Assembly: GCF_023055435.1 (NCBI RefSeq)
Contig: NW_025964334.1
Span: 35,898,001 to 35,962,000 of the forward strand
DNA length: 64,000 nt
Source: Haliotis rufescens
Lineage: Eukaryota
Direction of reading: 5' to 3'
How positions within the stretch are numbered: the first letter of the stretch is position 1; each line of letters opens with the position of its first letter. A model generated the notes under the pieces. The model made no database searches, was not told the DNA's origin, and was given only the letters and a program-made list of their open reading frames with translations. Both the position numbers and the translations under genes were made by a program. Positions 40,072-50,795 of this stretch are shown piece after piece.

Positions 40072-40243
40072 TGGGCGATCGGGTAGCCCAGTGGTTAAAG
40101 CGTTCGCTCGTCACGCCGAAGACCTGGGTTCGATTCCCAACATGGGTACAATGCGTGAATCCCATTTCTGGTGTCCCCCGCCGTGATATTGCTGGAATAT
40201 TGCTAAAAGCGGCATAAAACCATACTCGCTAGCGAACTCACTC
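40072..40243 (+). mobile_element. SINE family A (tRNA-Asp-like head, ~170 bp, (ACTC)n tail); representative copy
   Basis: A box TAGCCCAGTGG and B box GGTTCGATTCC around a GTC anticodon-like loop; tail GATATTGCTGGAATATTGCTAAAAGCGGCRTAAAACC. About 15 copies or fragments in the window. Confidence 0.88.
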
Positions 40244-40889
40244 TTGTGTTTATAGGCTACCAGGAATCCAAGTATATTTCGAACTTTCTATTAAAAAGAG
40301 GTTGAAGATGTGGGACTGTGTTTGGCTCAGTTGCATGGCTGTCCTAGCAAGTTTAACTAAAGCTTACGACAGTCGTATCTCTACGAAGGCTATATGATGA
40401 ACGGGGCCCAGACCTATTGACTTATGGTCACCGTAAGTGCTGGACAAGGGGCATCTCAAATGATCTTTTGCCACGCTATTGTTAGACGGATTGGATTGAC
40501 CAAATCGATCCCTTACTTTATATTGGCCTCAGAGAATGTCCTTTTTCTTGACACAAAAACCGCTAGGGAACGTCAAAATATGGGCATGGATAGCTGATGA
40601 AGATTACGACAGGAAGCGTGGGGTGACTGCTCCACTCTACAGTCAATACACGAAGCTTTTCTATATGCTGTTCTGTGAAAACGAAATTTCATCAAACACA
40701 ACAAAAGAAAACCGGCTGCTTTTAAAAAAATTTACTGATAAGTCACAAACTGTTTTTTAGAAGTAGCAGTAAAGACAGGATATTTTACGGTTGAATAAAG
40801 AAGTTGTCATCTTGTCTTTACTGCATGGATGCAGGTCACGCAAACCACAATGAAATTTGAAATGAATGAACGAGAACGCTCAATATGAT

Positions 40890-41102
40890 TGCGGTCTGTA
40901 AATAATTAATTCTGGGCCAGACAATCCAGTGATCGATATCATGAGCATCGATCCACACAATTGGGATACGATGACATGTATCAACCAAGTGAGCGAGCCT
41001 GACCACCCGATCGCGTTAGTCGCCTCTTTCGACAAGCACAGTCGCCTTTTACGGCAAGCATGGGTTGCTGAAGACCTATTCTACCCCGAATCTTCACGGG
41101 TC
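40890..41102 (-). mobile_element. SINE-like family C (non-tRNA structured head, ~260 bp, (AAAC)n tail); representative copy
   Basis: Consensus GACCCGTGAAGATCCGGGTTAGAATAGGTCTTCAGCAACCCATGCTTG...GTCGTAAGAGGCGACTAACGGGATCGGGTGGTCAGGC...ATAGCTGGAATATTGCTGAGTGCGGCGTTAAAC; about 15 copies or fragments in the window. Confidence 0.85.
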
Positions 41103-41445
41103 GTCTAACCATGTAAAACTGCCGCACTCACACAGGCGCTGGTATAAAACACGTCTAACAGCAACAGCCTTGAATGCGACGTCAAACCCTATTTCACCAC
41201 TATACCATCACGACTGCAAACATGGCGTCGTTCTGTCAACAATTATTCAACATCTGCAACTCATCTGGGCTCAACAGCTGTGGCCACGTTGACATGTGGT
41301 TGTAAACAATGTAGCAATATATTTCAAAATTCAAATTGCGAACATTAGTTCTGATTCAGGTCAAAGGAATCAGGTGCTTTCGATGTGTGTGGGATTATGT
41401 AGACAAACATGGCTGTAAATAATTTAACTGCTTGGCTGGTATTCG

Positions 41446-41622
41446 AGTGAGTGAGTGAGTGAGTGGGTGGGTGGGTGAGTGAGGTTTTACGCTGCTTTTA
41501 GCAATATTCCAGCAATATCACGGCGGGGGACTCCAGAAATAGGCTTCACGCGTTGTACCCATACCGGGAATCGAACCAGGGTCTTCGGCGTTACGAACGA
41601 ACGCTTTAACCACTAGGCTACC
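41446..41622 (-). mobile_element. SINE family A copy
   Basis: Reverse-complement match with (GAGT)n tail. Confidence 0.85.
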
Positions 41623-41635
41623 AGAAATTGGCGAG

Positions 41636-41816
41636 TAAATAAGAAAACAACTTTATGGATAACAACTTCTGGTTTATTGCATTTAACAACGTTTCGATGG
41701 AGATTCTTACTTAGTTTTCAAGCTGTCCTGATTACAGTGTAAGAATATACATCGAAACGTTGCTTTATGCAATAAACAGAAGTTGTTATCAATAAAGTTG
41801 TACGTTTTCTTATTTA
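41636..41816. mobile_element. Inverted-repeat remnant of a Penelope-like element end with degenerate minimal hammerhead motifs
   Basis: Two ~88-bp inverted arms, each with CYTGA...GTAAGAAT...CATCGAAACGTTG...AATAAA. Confidence 0.55.
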
Positions 41817-41831
41817 ATTGATTTGGCACTA

Positions 41832-42006
41832 CAGTAAACTACGGTTATAACGAACTCAAAGGGACTACTAATTTTAGTTCGTTATAACCGTAATTCGTTA
41901 TAAGCATATATACAGCATAACTACAGCAAATAGTCGGGACTAAAAAGTGAGTTCGTTATATCCGTCAGTTCGTTATAAGCGTGTTCGTTATAACCGTAGT
42001 TTACTG
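41832..42006. mobile_element. MITE, Tc1/mariner (pogo/Tigger-like), 175 bp
   Basis: Perfect 24-bp TIR CAGTAAACTACGGTTATAACGAAC, flanking TA dinucleotides, internal repeats of TTCGTTATA. Confidence 0.9.
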
Positions 42007-42222
42007 TATATGATTAATGGGACAGTTCAGTCAAGCACTATATCCATATGCTTTAACTGAAGTTACTTAATTTATAACTTAAACATCGACTATTGTAAGA
42101 ATGGCATTACATATGATATAATATTATTAAGCTCACGCACTATTTTGTTCTTGCTAATGTTTGATATCTATTATACGAAAACACACGGGGATAATAATCA
42201 CACCACGACGTTTATTTCAAGG

Positions 42223-42784
42223 TGGTGAGGTGAAATGGGGTTTAACGTCGCGTCCAAGATTATTGCACATATATGACGACGTGCATGCACGTGTGTGGCT
42301 GCTTGTACTGAGCCTACTGAGATACCATGCCGCAGTTGAACATGAATACCTCACCCAAACACAGTATACTGACACCGAGACGACCAGTACTTGTTTTAAT
42401 CCCCCTAATGCCGAGCGCAAAACAAGGTAACAATAAGTACAATCTTTTAACCGCTTTAGGTATTTAGAAATTGGGTTTAACGTCGCGTCCAAGATTATGG
42501 CACTTATATAGCGACGTGCATGCACGTGTGTGTGTGTGTGTCTGCTTGTACTAGTCCGGACTGGTGCCGATTTATAGTGCTAGATACCATGCCGCAATTA
42601 AACATGAATACCCCACTCAGAAACAGTATACTGACTGCAAGCCGGCCAGTCCTTGTTAGCCCCTTAATGCCGAACGCCAGACAGGGTAACAAGTACCATC
42701 GTTTTTGTGGTCTGACGCGGCAGGGGATCAAACCCCGGACCTCCCGCTCTCCGCGCAGACGCTCTACCACTAGACCACGGGCCA
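42223..42784 (-). mobile_element. Two tandem SINE family B copies (partial ~42223-42450; full ~42470-42784)
   Basis: Reverse-complement matches to family B. Confidence 0.8.
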
Positions 42785-43199
42785 TATTAAGAGTGAGTGT
42801 GTTTAGTGGAGTGTGAAGCTGAAGATAGGCAAACTGGTTACGTAGTGCAAGCTGTGACTATTCTGCATGTGGCAGAGGTACAAGACTGGTCGGGCTCCCA
42901 CTCTCCTACCCAGAGTTCCATGCGGCCAGCATAGTACCTCTGCCACAGGACCGCGCCGTTGCCGATTCGTCACATCTTACACAGTCCATTCAATATATGT
43001 TTTTCATCTGTTTCATTTTTTTACGACTCTACACATTTAGATATGTCATAGAATGGTTAACTTTCATCGAGAAAATATCCTAAAACGTGAGAAACTATTT
43101 TCATTTGCGTAGTTGTAGTCGCCATCCATATAATTATGCAAAAGAATATAAAAAACACACCGAAAGGCTTGCAGATGAGGCCAGTTTGTTCTGAATTCA

Positions 43200-43450
43200 G
43201 AATAAGCGCGTTTGTTTACAAACAAGAGAAAAGTCCGGTCACGTGACATGCAAATTAGCCCCCGTGGCAGTGGTGTTTTGCTGAGTCACCACTACGCCGG
43301 AGTGTGCTGGGTGTAAAGCTGGCAATGCGTATGACGTCATAGACACGCGACGTCACAATTGTCATTCGTCGGTCATACTCGTCTCGAAGTTACAGGCGAG
43401 GGAGGTGCGGCGCCGTTCATACCGTCACCATGCCGTAAAAAAGGTAGGTG
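43200..43450 (+). promoter_or_regulatory. CpG-rich promoter and probable non-coding first exon of the kinase gene
   Basis: GTCACGTGAC E-box (43238-43247) abutting octamer ATGCAAAT (43248-43255), CRE TGACGTCA (43332-43339), near-CRE CGACGTCA (43348-43355), high CpG density, donor AAG|GTAGGT at 43444. Confidence 0.6.
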
Positions 43451-43759
43451 AAATGATTTTGTTGATCAGCACATTTAAATTCTTCACAGAAACAATACAG
43501 ACATGTTCTGATTGCGTACCATCGTGTCCCGATGGCGAGGATTACGCTTTTCGGTTCAATGACTGGTATTCGTGCATGGTCTGAATAACCGCCTCACCTC
43601 TGGTGGTAATCAGATATAAATCAACGTCATCAGAAGCTCAACTTACGTACCACGCCCCCAAAGTTCACATTAATCCATTTTGGCATCAATCGAGTTTCTT
43701 TCCAATTTCAACTTTACTGGATGCAACTTCTGTTTCAATTGAATGCCATTGCCTTGGGT

Positions 43760-43913
43760 GTCACCACGAGCGCAGGTATGGTGCTGACAAATCTAGAAAC
43801 AATCGGCGCGAACCGGGATTCGAACCCACGATCATGGGTTTCTGGCGAGCCCAATGGACACAACTCTGCCCAGCGGATTGCGGAGCCTGAGACGTCTGGC
43901 CCACCCCTGCCCC
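43760..43913 (-). mobile_element. SINE family D fragment (head)
   Basis: Reverse-complement match. Confidence 0.7.
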
Positions 43914-44053
43914 CACAACTGATGTGACGTTAACGAGGGTGTCTGTCCTACATGTATTTCGAACAGATATGCGAGCTACACATAAACCCACAAACGATTA
44001 GACATTTATTTGGGACAGCATACAAGCATAGTGATAAACATCCCGCCGTAAAA

Positions 44054-44302
44054 TACGGAAGCCTTTTAGGGCCATTTATTTGTTGTTGTTTTTTCAATTA
44101 AAAATTGAAATTTCAAGATGCTAAGTTGAATCTTAGCATCTTGAAATTTCAAGATAATGATTTTAAGATACTAAGTTGAAATTTCAAGATACTAGCTTGA
44201 AATTTCAAGATAATAACTTGAAATTTCAACTTAGTATCTTGAAAATTCAAGATAGTATCGAAAAAAAACAAAAAAAACAAATGGCCCTAAAAGGCTTCCG
44301 TA
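44054..44302. mobile_element. MITE with 24-bp TIR and internal TTGAAATTTCAA palindromes
   Basis: TACGGAAGCCTTTTAGGGCCATTT ... AAATGGCCCTAAAAGGCTTCCGTA. Confidence 0.88.
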
Positions 44303-44507
44303 GTATATAGATATCAGCATCATTATCATGGTGAAAAAGAAATGTTTAGAGGACAGCATCAAAATTTGATAATTAACCTCACAGTATTCTTCAGAAAGTT
44401 AATAATACCTTCTCAAGCGAACCCGGATATTTTATTGATATGTCCTGAGTATCAAAGGTATTGCGTAATGGTGAAATCTTTTGTTTTGGACATTACGTGA
44501 TGTAATA

Positions 44508-44788
44508 GAGTGAGTGAGTGAGTTTGGTTTAACGCCGCTTTTAACAGTATTCCGATATATCACGGCGTGTCAGCTTAATGTGGGAGGAAAGCCCGAAGTG
44601 ATGCAGGTCTCAGACGTTTAACACGTCGGCGAAACCCACGAAAACGGGTATGGTGCTGACAAACCTGGAAACATGATCGGGGCGAACCGGGATTCGAACC
44701 CACAATCATAGGTTTCTGGCGTGCCCAAGGGACGCAACTCTTCACAGCGAATTGCGGCGCCTTAGACGACTTGGCCACCCGTGCCCCC
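44508..44788 (-). mobile_element. SINE family D (long tRNA-Leu-like head, V-domain-like core, shared tail, (ACTC)n)
   Basis: Minus strand GGGGCACGGGTGGCC.AGTCGTCTAAGGCGC...GTGGGTTCGAATCCCGGTTCGCCCC; core GTGGGTTTC...GGCTTTCCTCCCAC; tail GGAATACTGTTAAAAGCGGCGTTAAACC. Confidence 0.82.
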
Positions 44789-45181
44789 TGATGTCATAGA
44801 GGTATATCCACACAAAAATTTAAGCAAATTGTTTCACTCTGACAATTCAGGACAATAGGCAGGTGTCTGTGATCTTTGTAAGATGTACAAACTTGAGGAC
44901 CGTGCAGTAAAGCTGGATCTGGAACGTTATTTGTGTGAAGGTGATGATAGGTTGTAAGATGTATCATGTCGTTCTGTAAATAAACGTACCTATAGGCAAG
45001 AGGAACCAGTGACTGAAATCTTTAGCATCAATCTAAGTCACATTGTTACCACACAACCTTCTGACGATCGTTTCATGCATGTTTGTTGTATTTGTGTTCG
45101 CATCAATGTGAATCCTCTTTCAATGACGTCATCAGATACTACATCATCGACTGCGGCGGACTCACCCACAGTAGAGACACC

Positions 45182-45212
45182 ATGAAACCACCGGCTGGGG
45201 AGAGGCCCACAG
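45182..45212 (+). CDS. Probable first coding exon of the Ser/Thr kinase (MKPPAGERPT)
   Basis: Kozak-like acaccATGa; donor CAG|gtacc (phase 1) fits the phase-1 acceptor acacacag|46065 and supplies the ATG that the GTG-started 726-aa ORF lacks. Confidence 0.6.
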
Positions 45213-45283
45213 GTACCAGCTTATCTTCTTTATTTACTTTGTGTCCACCATCAGAACCAATCATCTGCACTCTACAAATGCCA

Positions 45284-45450
45284 GGGGCGGTCGGGTAGCC
45301 TAGTGGTTAAAGCGTTCGCTCGTCACGCCGAAGCACCGGTTTCGATTCCCGACATGGGTACAATGTGTGAAGCCCATTTCTGGTGTCCCTCGCCGTGAGA
45401 TTGCTGAAATATTGCTAAAAGCGGCGTAAAACCATACTCACTCACTCACT
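45284..45450 (+). mobile_element. SINE family A copy (kinase intron)
   Basis: Near-consensus match. Confidence 0.87.
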
Positions 45451-45694
45451 ACAAATGCCGTGCATGATGTACTGGTGACGGATCAATTCTGCAAATTCGG
45501 AGGCTGGCGTATAGCGGTGTAATCAGATCGTGCCAACATGTCACTCTAGAATAACTGAATGGTGATCACGTGAAAAAAATAGTATACCGGAGTGATCGAT
45601 TTTCTTTGCAAGTAGTAGTAATTTGACATTGCTGCATTGACGATTTGACAGTCCAAAACATAACCATTTATTACATGGTCACGTTAAGTTGGAT

Positions 45695-46003
45695 CACCTC
45701 CGTGGTACCGTGCTCGGAGAGCGGAAGGTCGGTGGTTCGATCCCCGGCCGCGTCAAACCAAAAGGCCTTAAAAAGATGGTACTTGTTGTTAAACTGCCTG
45801 GCGCTCGGCGTTAAGGGGATAACTTGTCGGCTCGTAGGCAGTATACTGTGCCTGGATGGGATATCGATGTTTAACTGCGGCATGGTATGTCACACGCACG
45901 CACGCACGCACGCACGCACGCACACACGCACGCACGCTAGATGCACGACGCTAGATAGGTGAAATAATCCTGAACGCTACATTAAACACCATTCATCTCA
46001 CCC
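45695..46003 (+). mobile_element. SINE family B copy (kinase intron) with (GCAC)n
   Basis: Match to family B. Confidence 0.78.
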
Positions 46004-46064
46004 AATATGAGTTTGAATACGCTGGGAAACATTATTAAAACTTGTAACCTTATTTAACACACAG

Positions 46065-48268
46065 ATCACATCCAGATCCTGGGCTCCGTGTCGGACAAGG
46101 ACTCAAGAGCTAGCAGTTATCAACATGAGAGACGCCCGTTGAATGAGTATGAAGGAACCGTCCCAAGCTTCTTCAAGGACAGGAAAGGTCAATCACAGTT
46201 GGGAACCCTTGGTGATTCAAAACTCTGCCTAAAACTGCAGCTGAAATCAGTCAGAAGCGAGGCTGCATCCCGATGGAAAAAACACCTTGCGAGGGTTGAT
46301 GAAGATTCTGATGATAGTCCATTTGCCTGTGCTGCTGCTGCTGCGGAAAGCGGTGAGCAAAGAGGAAACAGACTTGGGGAGGGTCGGGGAGTTGCACAGT
46401 TTGAGGACACAGGGCTCGTGAAAGGGGCCATCAAAGATGGTCAGGACATCCAAGTGGATGAATACAAACTACAAGCTAATCATTTTCTGATTTTCGATCT
46501 CTTAAATGTTCCTCTGAAAGATCTAAAGAAAGGTCGTCGGAACCGAAATGCTAAACAAAGCCAGGTAGGTAAGCTACGTCATGATCGAATGGGACATGGG
46601 AAGGATATAAAACACTGGCTTGATCGGTGTCAGCGTCAGTCTGACCATAGTGAGCAGCACCATGAAGAGCCGGATCTTCACCAGGGACATCCAAAGTGTG
46701 TCACGGTCAGAATGTTTAAGGAAAAACATGATCGACATGGTAAGAAGCCTGCCCCAAATCATCGGAGACACTCAAGCCGAAACACCACGAAACAAGTTTG
46801 TCTTGCAAACCACGAAGAACATGACACGGTTTGCGAAAAACGCCAGCATCAAAATCAAGGTCACTCGCAAACTCGGGATAATGGAGGACCTGAAATGAAG
46901 ACCAGGACAAAGCAGACTCAAGACCACCATCAGGACAAATGTATCGAGAACCAGGATTCGGAAAGAGGTCAGAGTCAAGGTCAGGATCGAGGTCAAGGTC
47001 AGGGTCAAGAACGCCATTCACTACTTGTGTCACAAGACCTTGCTTTGCATCCACTGAGAAGGACGAAAGCCTACCTGACCCTTCTATCGCTCTCAAACAT
47101 CTCTTTACACGAGTCCGAGCTGGCTGATATATCATCCAGTGAGTCTGACGAGGATTCGGTAAGGTACAAAGAACCAACAGCGACCAAACTCTCGTCACAA
47201 GAGACACAGCATGCTGTCGCAAGAAACGGTTGCGAGGTGCCTCGGGCAGAGTTCATCTCCGCGGACACAGGTCACGGCCATTCCCAGGTGTGTTCTCGTA
47301 CATCCGGGTTAGTACGTCACGGTGCCACAGATGATAGACAGGAAGTCGAACCACAGCAGCAAGACTCTTCAGATGTCTCTGGGGAAAGTTCACTGTTTCA
47401 AAGATCTACACCTGAAAACAGCTTTACCGGAAAGAGCATCAATGGATATGATTTTGGGAAGATCTTTTCTGGCGGTGCGTCTTCTGTCATCTTTAAAGTT
47501 ACAAAGGGAGGCAACACATATGCTGCTAAAGTTTTCAAACGAATTCATCCCTACGAGGAAAGGCTTCTCAACATCTCTAAGCGTGAATACAAGATTATGA
47601 AGAAGTTGAACCATCCACACATTGTTAAAGTTTACGATTATTTTGTGTTCCGCCAACATGGAGTTATCGTCATGGAATACGTAGAAACCTCAGAACTGTG
47701 GACATTCTTCGACAAATCAAATTGGGCAATGTCCCTACCGATCCTTAAGAAAATTCTGTGGGGCATTCTCAGCGCCTTGAGACACATCCACAAACATCGT
47801 ATCTCCCACATGGATATCAAGACCAATAACATGCTCGTCAACAGCAAAGGGTTTGCCAAGATAACAGACTTTGGAGGAGCGGTGAAATTCAACAGATTCT
47901 TCTCAAAGCGCCACGTGGTGAACTTCTTCACGCCCGACTTCGCCCCTCCTGAGAAGCAATGGCAGCGTGAGAGTGGGGAGTTGTGTGTGGTTCACTACAA
48001 GCGTTACGACATGTGGAGTGTCGGGGTGATGTTGTATCACTTGTATACTGGGAGGCTCCCCTACACGCTGCCAGAGGGGAGACAGTACCTCCCTGCTAAG
48101 CTGTTCACGGGTGTGGTTGACCTGCCGTCGGGGGTGAAGGAGGATGCAGAGGTTCTGTCGCTGGTCAGACAGTGTATGCAAGTGGATCCGCTGGATAGAA
48201 TGACGGCCAAAGAGGCCTTGGCACATCCGTTTTTTGATTCCGTGCGACACAAAGGAGTCAAGAAATGA
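46065..48268 (+). CDS. Ser/Thr protein kinase (CAMK-like, non-RD) with long disordered N-terminus and C-terminal catalytic domain (~47446-48240)
   Basis: Uninterrupted ORF with kinase motifs: degenerate Gly loop FSGGASSVI, YAAK, alphaC KRE, HMDIKTNN, DFG, TPDFAPPE, DMWSVG, DRMTA..AL.HPFF. Confidence 0.93.
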
Positions 48269-48638
48269 GCGCGTGTGTGTGCGCGCGTGTGTTTATAGCT
48301 GAGATGAAGAAATACCCATTTTTCGAGGAACGTTTATATAATGCCTCGTTTGAAGTGAACTAGTGTACACAAATTCACTTCTAATGAACATTTTAAATTC
48401 TATGCCAATGAATCATACACAGCTTTACATTGTACACACATATCATAGTGTGTTTTTTTACAAATTGTTGATTGTTTTTTTCCTTTTATTCTTTGGGGGT
48501 ATTACAAATGCCCAATGTCTGTAGTGAAACCTGATACCTTCATGTCGTATTTGTTTTGTTGTCTCACTGATATATTATAATGATTTTGTTATGCTTGTGA
48601 ATGAAGAATATAAAATATTGTGTGGTAAGACAATGTAC

Positions 48639-48644
48639 AATAAA
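48639..48644 (+). terminator. Candidate polyadenylation signal of the kinase gene
   Basis: AATAAA about 370 nt after the stop, with TGTA upstream and a T/GT-rich tract downstream. Confidence 0.5.
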
Positions 48645-48910
48645 ACTACTTTGTGTTATTTTTCAAACACAACATGTTTTGCTGAATCAATCAACTGAGA
48701 GATATGTAATTAAATGCTGTAGTTGGCAATATTTCGGCCGTATCATGGAAATGTATAAATAATGTCATCTAAACTATAGTGGTTGACAGCACGAGCAACA
48801 TCCCGGCCGACGGGGGACGATGACACACAATCAACCAGGTCAAAAATTAAACCACGATTTTAGTTTTCCGGCCAAGATCAACATGCACAACTGCGAACTC
48901 GTGTACACTG

Positions 48911-49512
48911 GAACACCAAGACGTGAGTGAGTGAGTGAGCGAACACCAAGACGTGAGTGAGTGAGTGAGTGAGCGAACACCAAGACGTGAGTGAGTGAGT
49001 GAACACCAAGACGTGAGTGAGTGAGTGAACACCAAGACGAGAGTGAGTGAGTGAGTGAACACCAAGACGTGAGTGAGTGAGTGAGTGAACACCAAGACGT
49101 GAGTGAGTGAGTGAACACCAAGACGTGAGTGAGTGAGTGAACACCAAGACGTGAGTGAGTGAGTGAACACCAAGACGTGAGTGAGTGAACACCAAGACGT
49201 GAGAGAACACCAAGACGTGAGTGAGTGAGTGAGTGAGTGAACACCAAGACGTGAGTGAGTGAGTGAACACCAAGACGTGAGTGAGTGAGTGNNNNNNNNN
49301 NNNNNNNNNNNNNNNNNNNNNNNNNNNNNNNNNNNNNNNNNNNNNNNNNNNNNNNNNNNNNNNNNNNNNNNNNNNNNNNNNNNNNNNNNNNNNNNNNNNN
49401 NNNNNNNNNNNNNNNNNNNNNNNNNNNNNNNNNNNNNNNNNNNNNNNNNNNNNNNNNNNNNAGTGAGTGAGTGAACACCAAGACGTGAGTGAGTGAGTGA
49501 GTGAGTGAGTGG
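48911..49512. repeat. Compound satellite: GAACACCAAGAC plus variable (GTGA)n; spans assembly gap
   Basis: Constant 12-mer separated by 2-6 tetramer units; Ns at 49292-49461. Confidence 0.93.
49292..49461. other. Assembly gap (170 N)
   Basis: Run of N. Confidence 1.
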
Positions 49513-50795
49513 GTGAGCATGATCACTCGGGGTATATGGGGTTTTATGTGTCCCGCATAAGGTTTTATACCACAAGCTCTCGTGATCCTGCTACAACTTA
49601 TAATATCTGACCAAAACATGTAGACGTTATTCCACATAACATATATTTGCTTCATGTCAAATGGTGTAATGGACAAAAAGAACAAGTACACAAGGCTGTC
49701 TTGGTGGCCATGAATTTTATGGATGAGAATTCCGAGAGCAGTGACACCATCACTTGGATCATTTATGCAAAGTATCTGCTTGTTTAAAGGAGTTGCCAAA
49801 TATGCAACAGTTTGCGACTTCCAGTCAGGGAGCTAACAAAAAAGCAGCATTTCTTTCTTGCAAAAGGAAAATCATAAACTTGACCTTTTCTTATGACAAC
49901 TGTGCCAACCGGGCCCCTTTCAACACAATAAATTGGTGATGATTACGTGGAAACCATCTTAACATCAATACAACTTATAAGTTCAAGGTCACTTCAACAC
50001 CTCATCAAGTGGAGTGTGAGTGAGTGAGTGAGTGAGTGAGTGAGTCAGCCAACAATGGGCTCAATTAATAAATACAACACTAAATACAGCATCAAATGAC
50101 TGTAGCGCTCGTAAAATGTCTACGTTGAAAAGAAAGGGTTCCTTTCCTTGGTTGTTCTTGAGCGCGCGCACGCACGCACGCGCACACACACACACATAAA
50201 CAGAGAGGATGTGCAGCATGACGTTCAATGAGTTTTGCGATGTGACAGTTTCTGGAAGGCTGGCTGTACCTCTTTAAGAGTGCGTTTTGAGGCCCATTAC
50301 GACCTGACTCGCGTCTTATCTACTCGCCAAGTACCGATGGGATACATACTAGTATCTCAAAGCACCCAATTCCGCAAGCTTCTTACACAAATCACCAGAT
50401 TCAAGAACGGAGACAGTCCTGTTTCAAGACATTGGACACTGACAAAACTATGGACATACGTGAGTACACAATATATTCTAAGGCCTGTTACTCATTGCCG
50501 CGGTCACTTCGTTGACCCATTGTATTGTATGTTGTGATTGTAAATTTAAAACTGTGTGTTTGAAGGTCATTTGTTCATTATTATCTTGCGTGGTCATTTG
50601 CTTATTTCACAATTTCTTTCTGTACATAACAATTAGCCTTTGCTAGATTTGGAAATCACCTGGTAACAAAGATAATAGCACCTAGATCAGTGGTAGGACC
50701 CCATTGGTGAAAAGTAAGTTATCCTTAAGTCCACTTCGTATCAAAGTGTCAGCTTCTTGCGTGAGGAAAGCCTAACGTGACACAGGTCTTTCATA

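Noticed and set aside
40072-40150. tRNA genes (also heads at 45284, 16592, 61180, 44700-44788)
   Set aside because: A/B boxes are present, but each head continues into a conserved SINE body and tail, and the cloverleaves are imperfect; these are SINE heads.
41040-41102. HDV-like ribozyme assignment for the family C head
   Set aside because: I could not place P1, P2, P3 and P1.1 in the required nested order; kept only as an unassigned structured-RNA candidate.
47806-47830. Wee1 assignment from the HMDIK motif
   Set aside because: Wee1 has DLG and EGD motifs; this protein has DFG and PPE and an overall CAMK-like C-lobe.
48911-49512. CRISPR-like repeat/spacer appearance
   Set aside because: Spacers are simple (GTGA)n rather than unique sequence; eukaryotic context with no cas genes.
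48840-49799. 319-aa and 242-aa ORFs
   Set aside because: Run through satellite DNA and the N gap.
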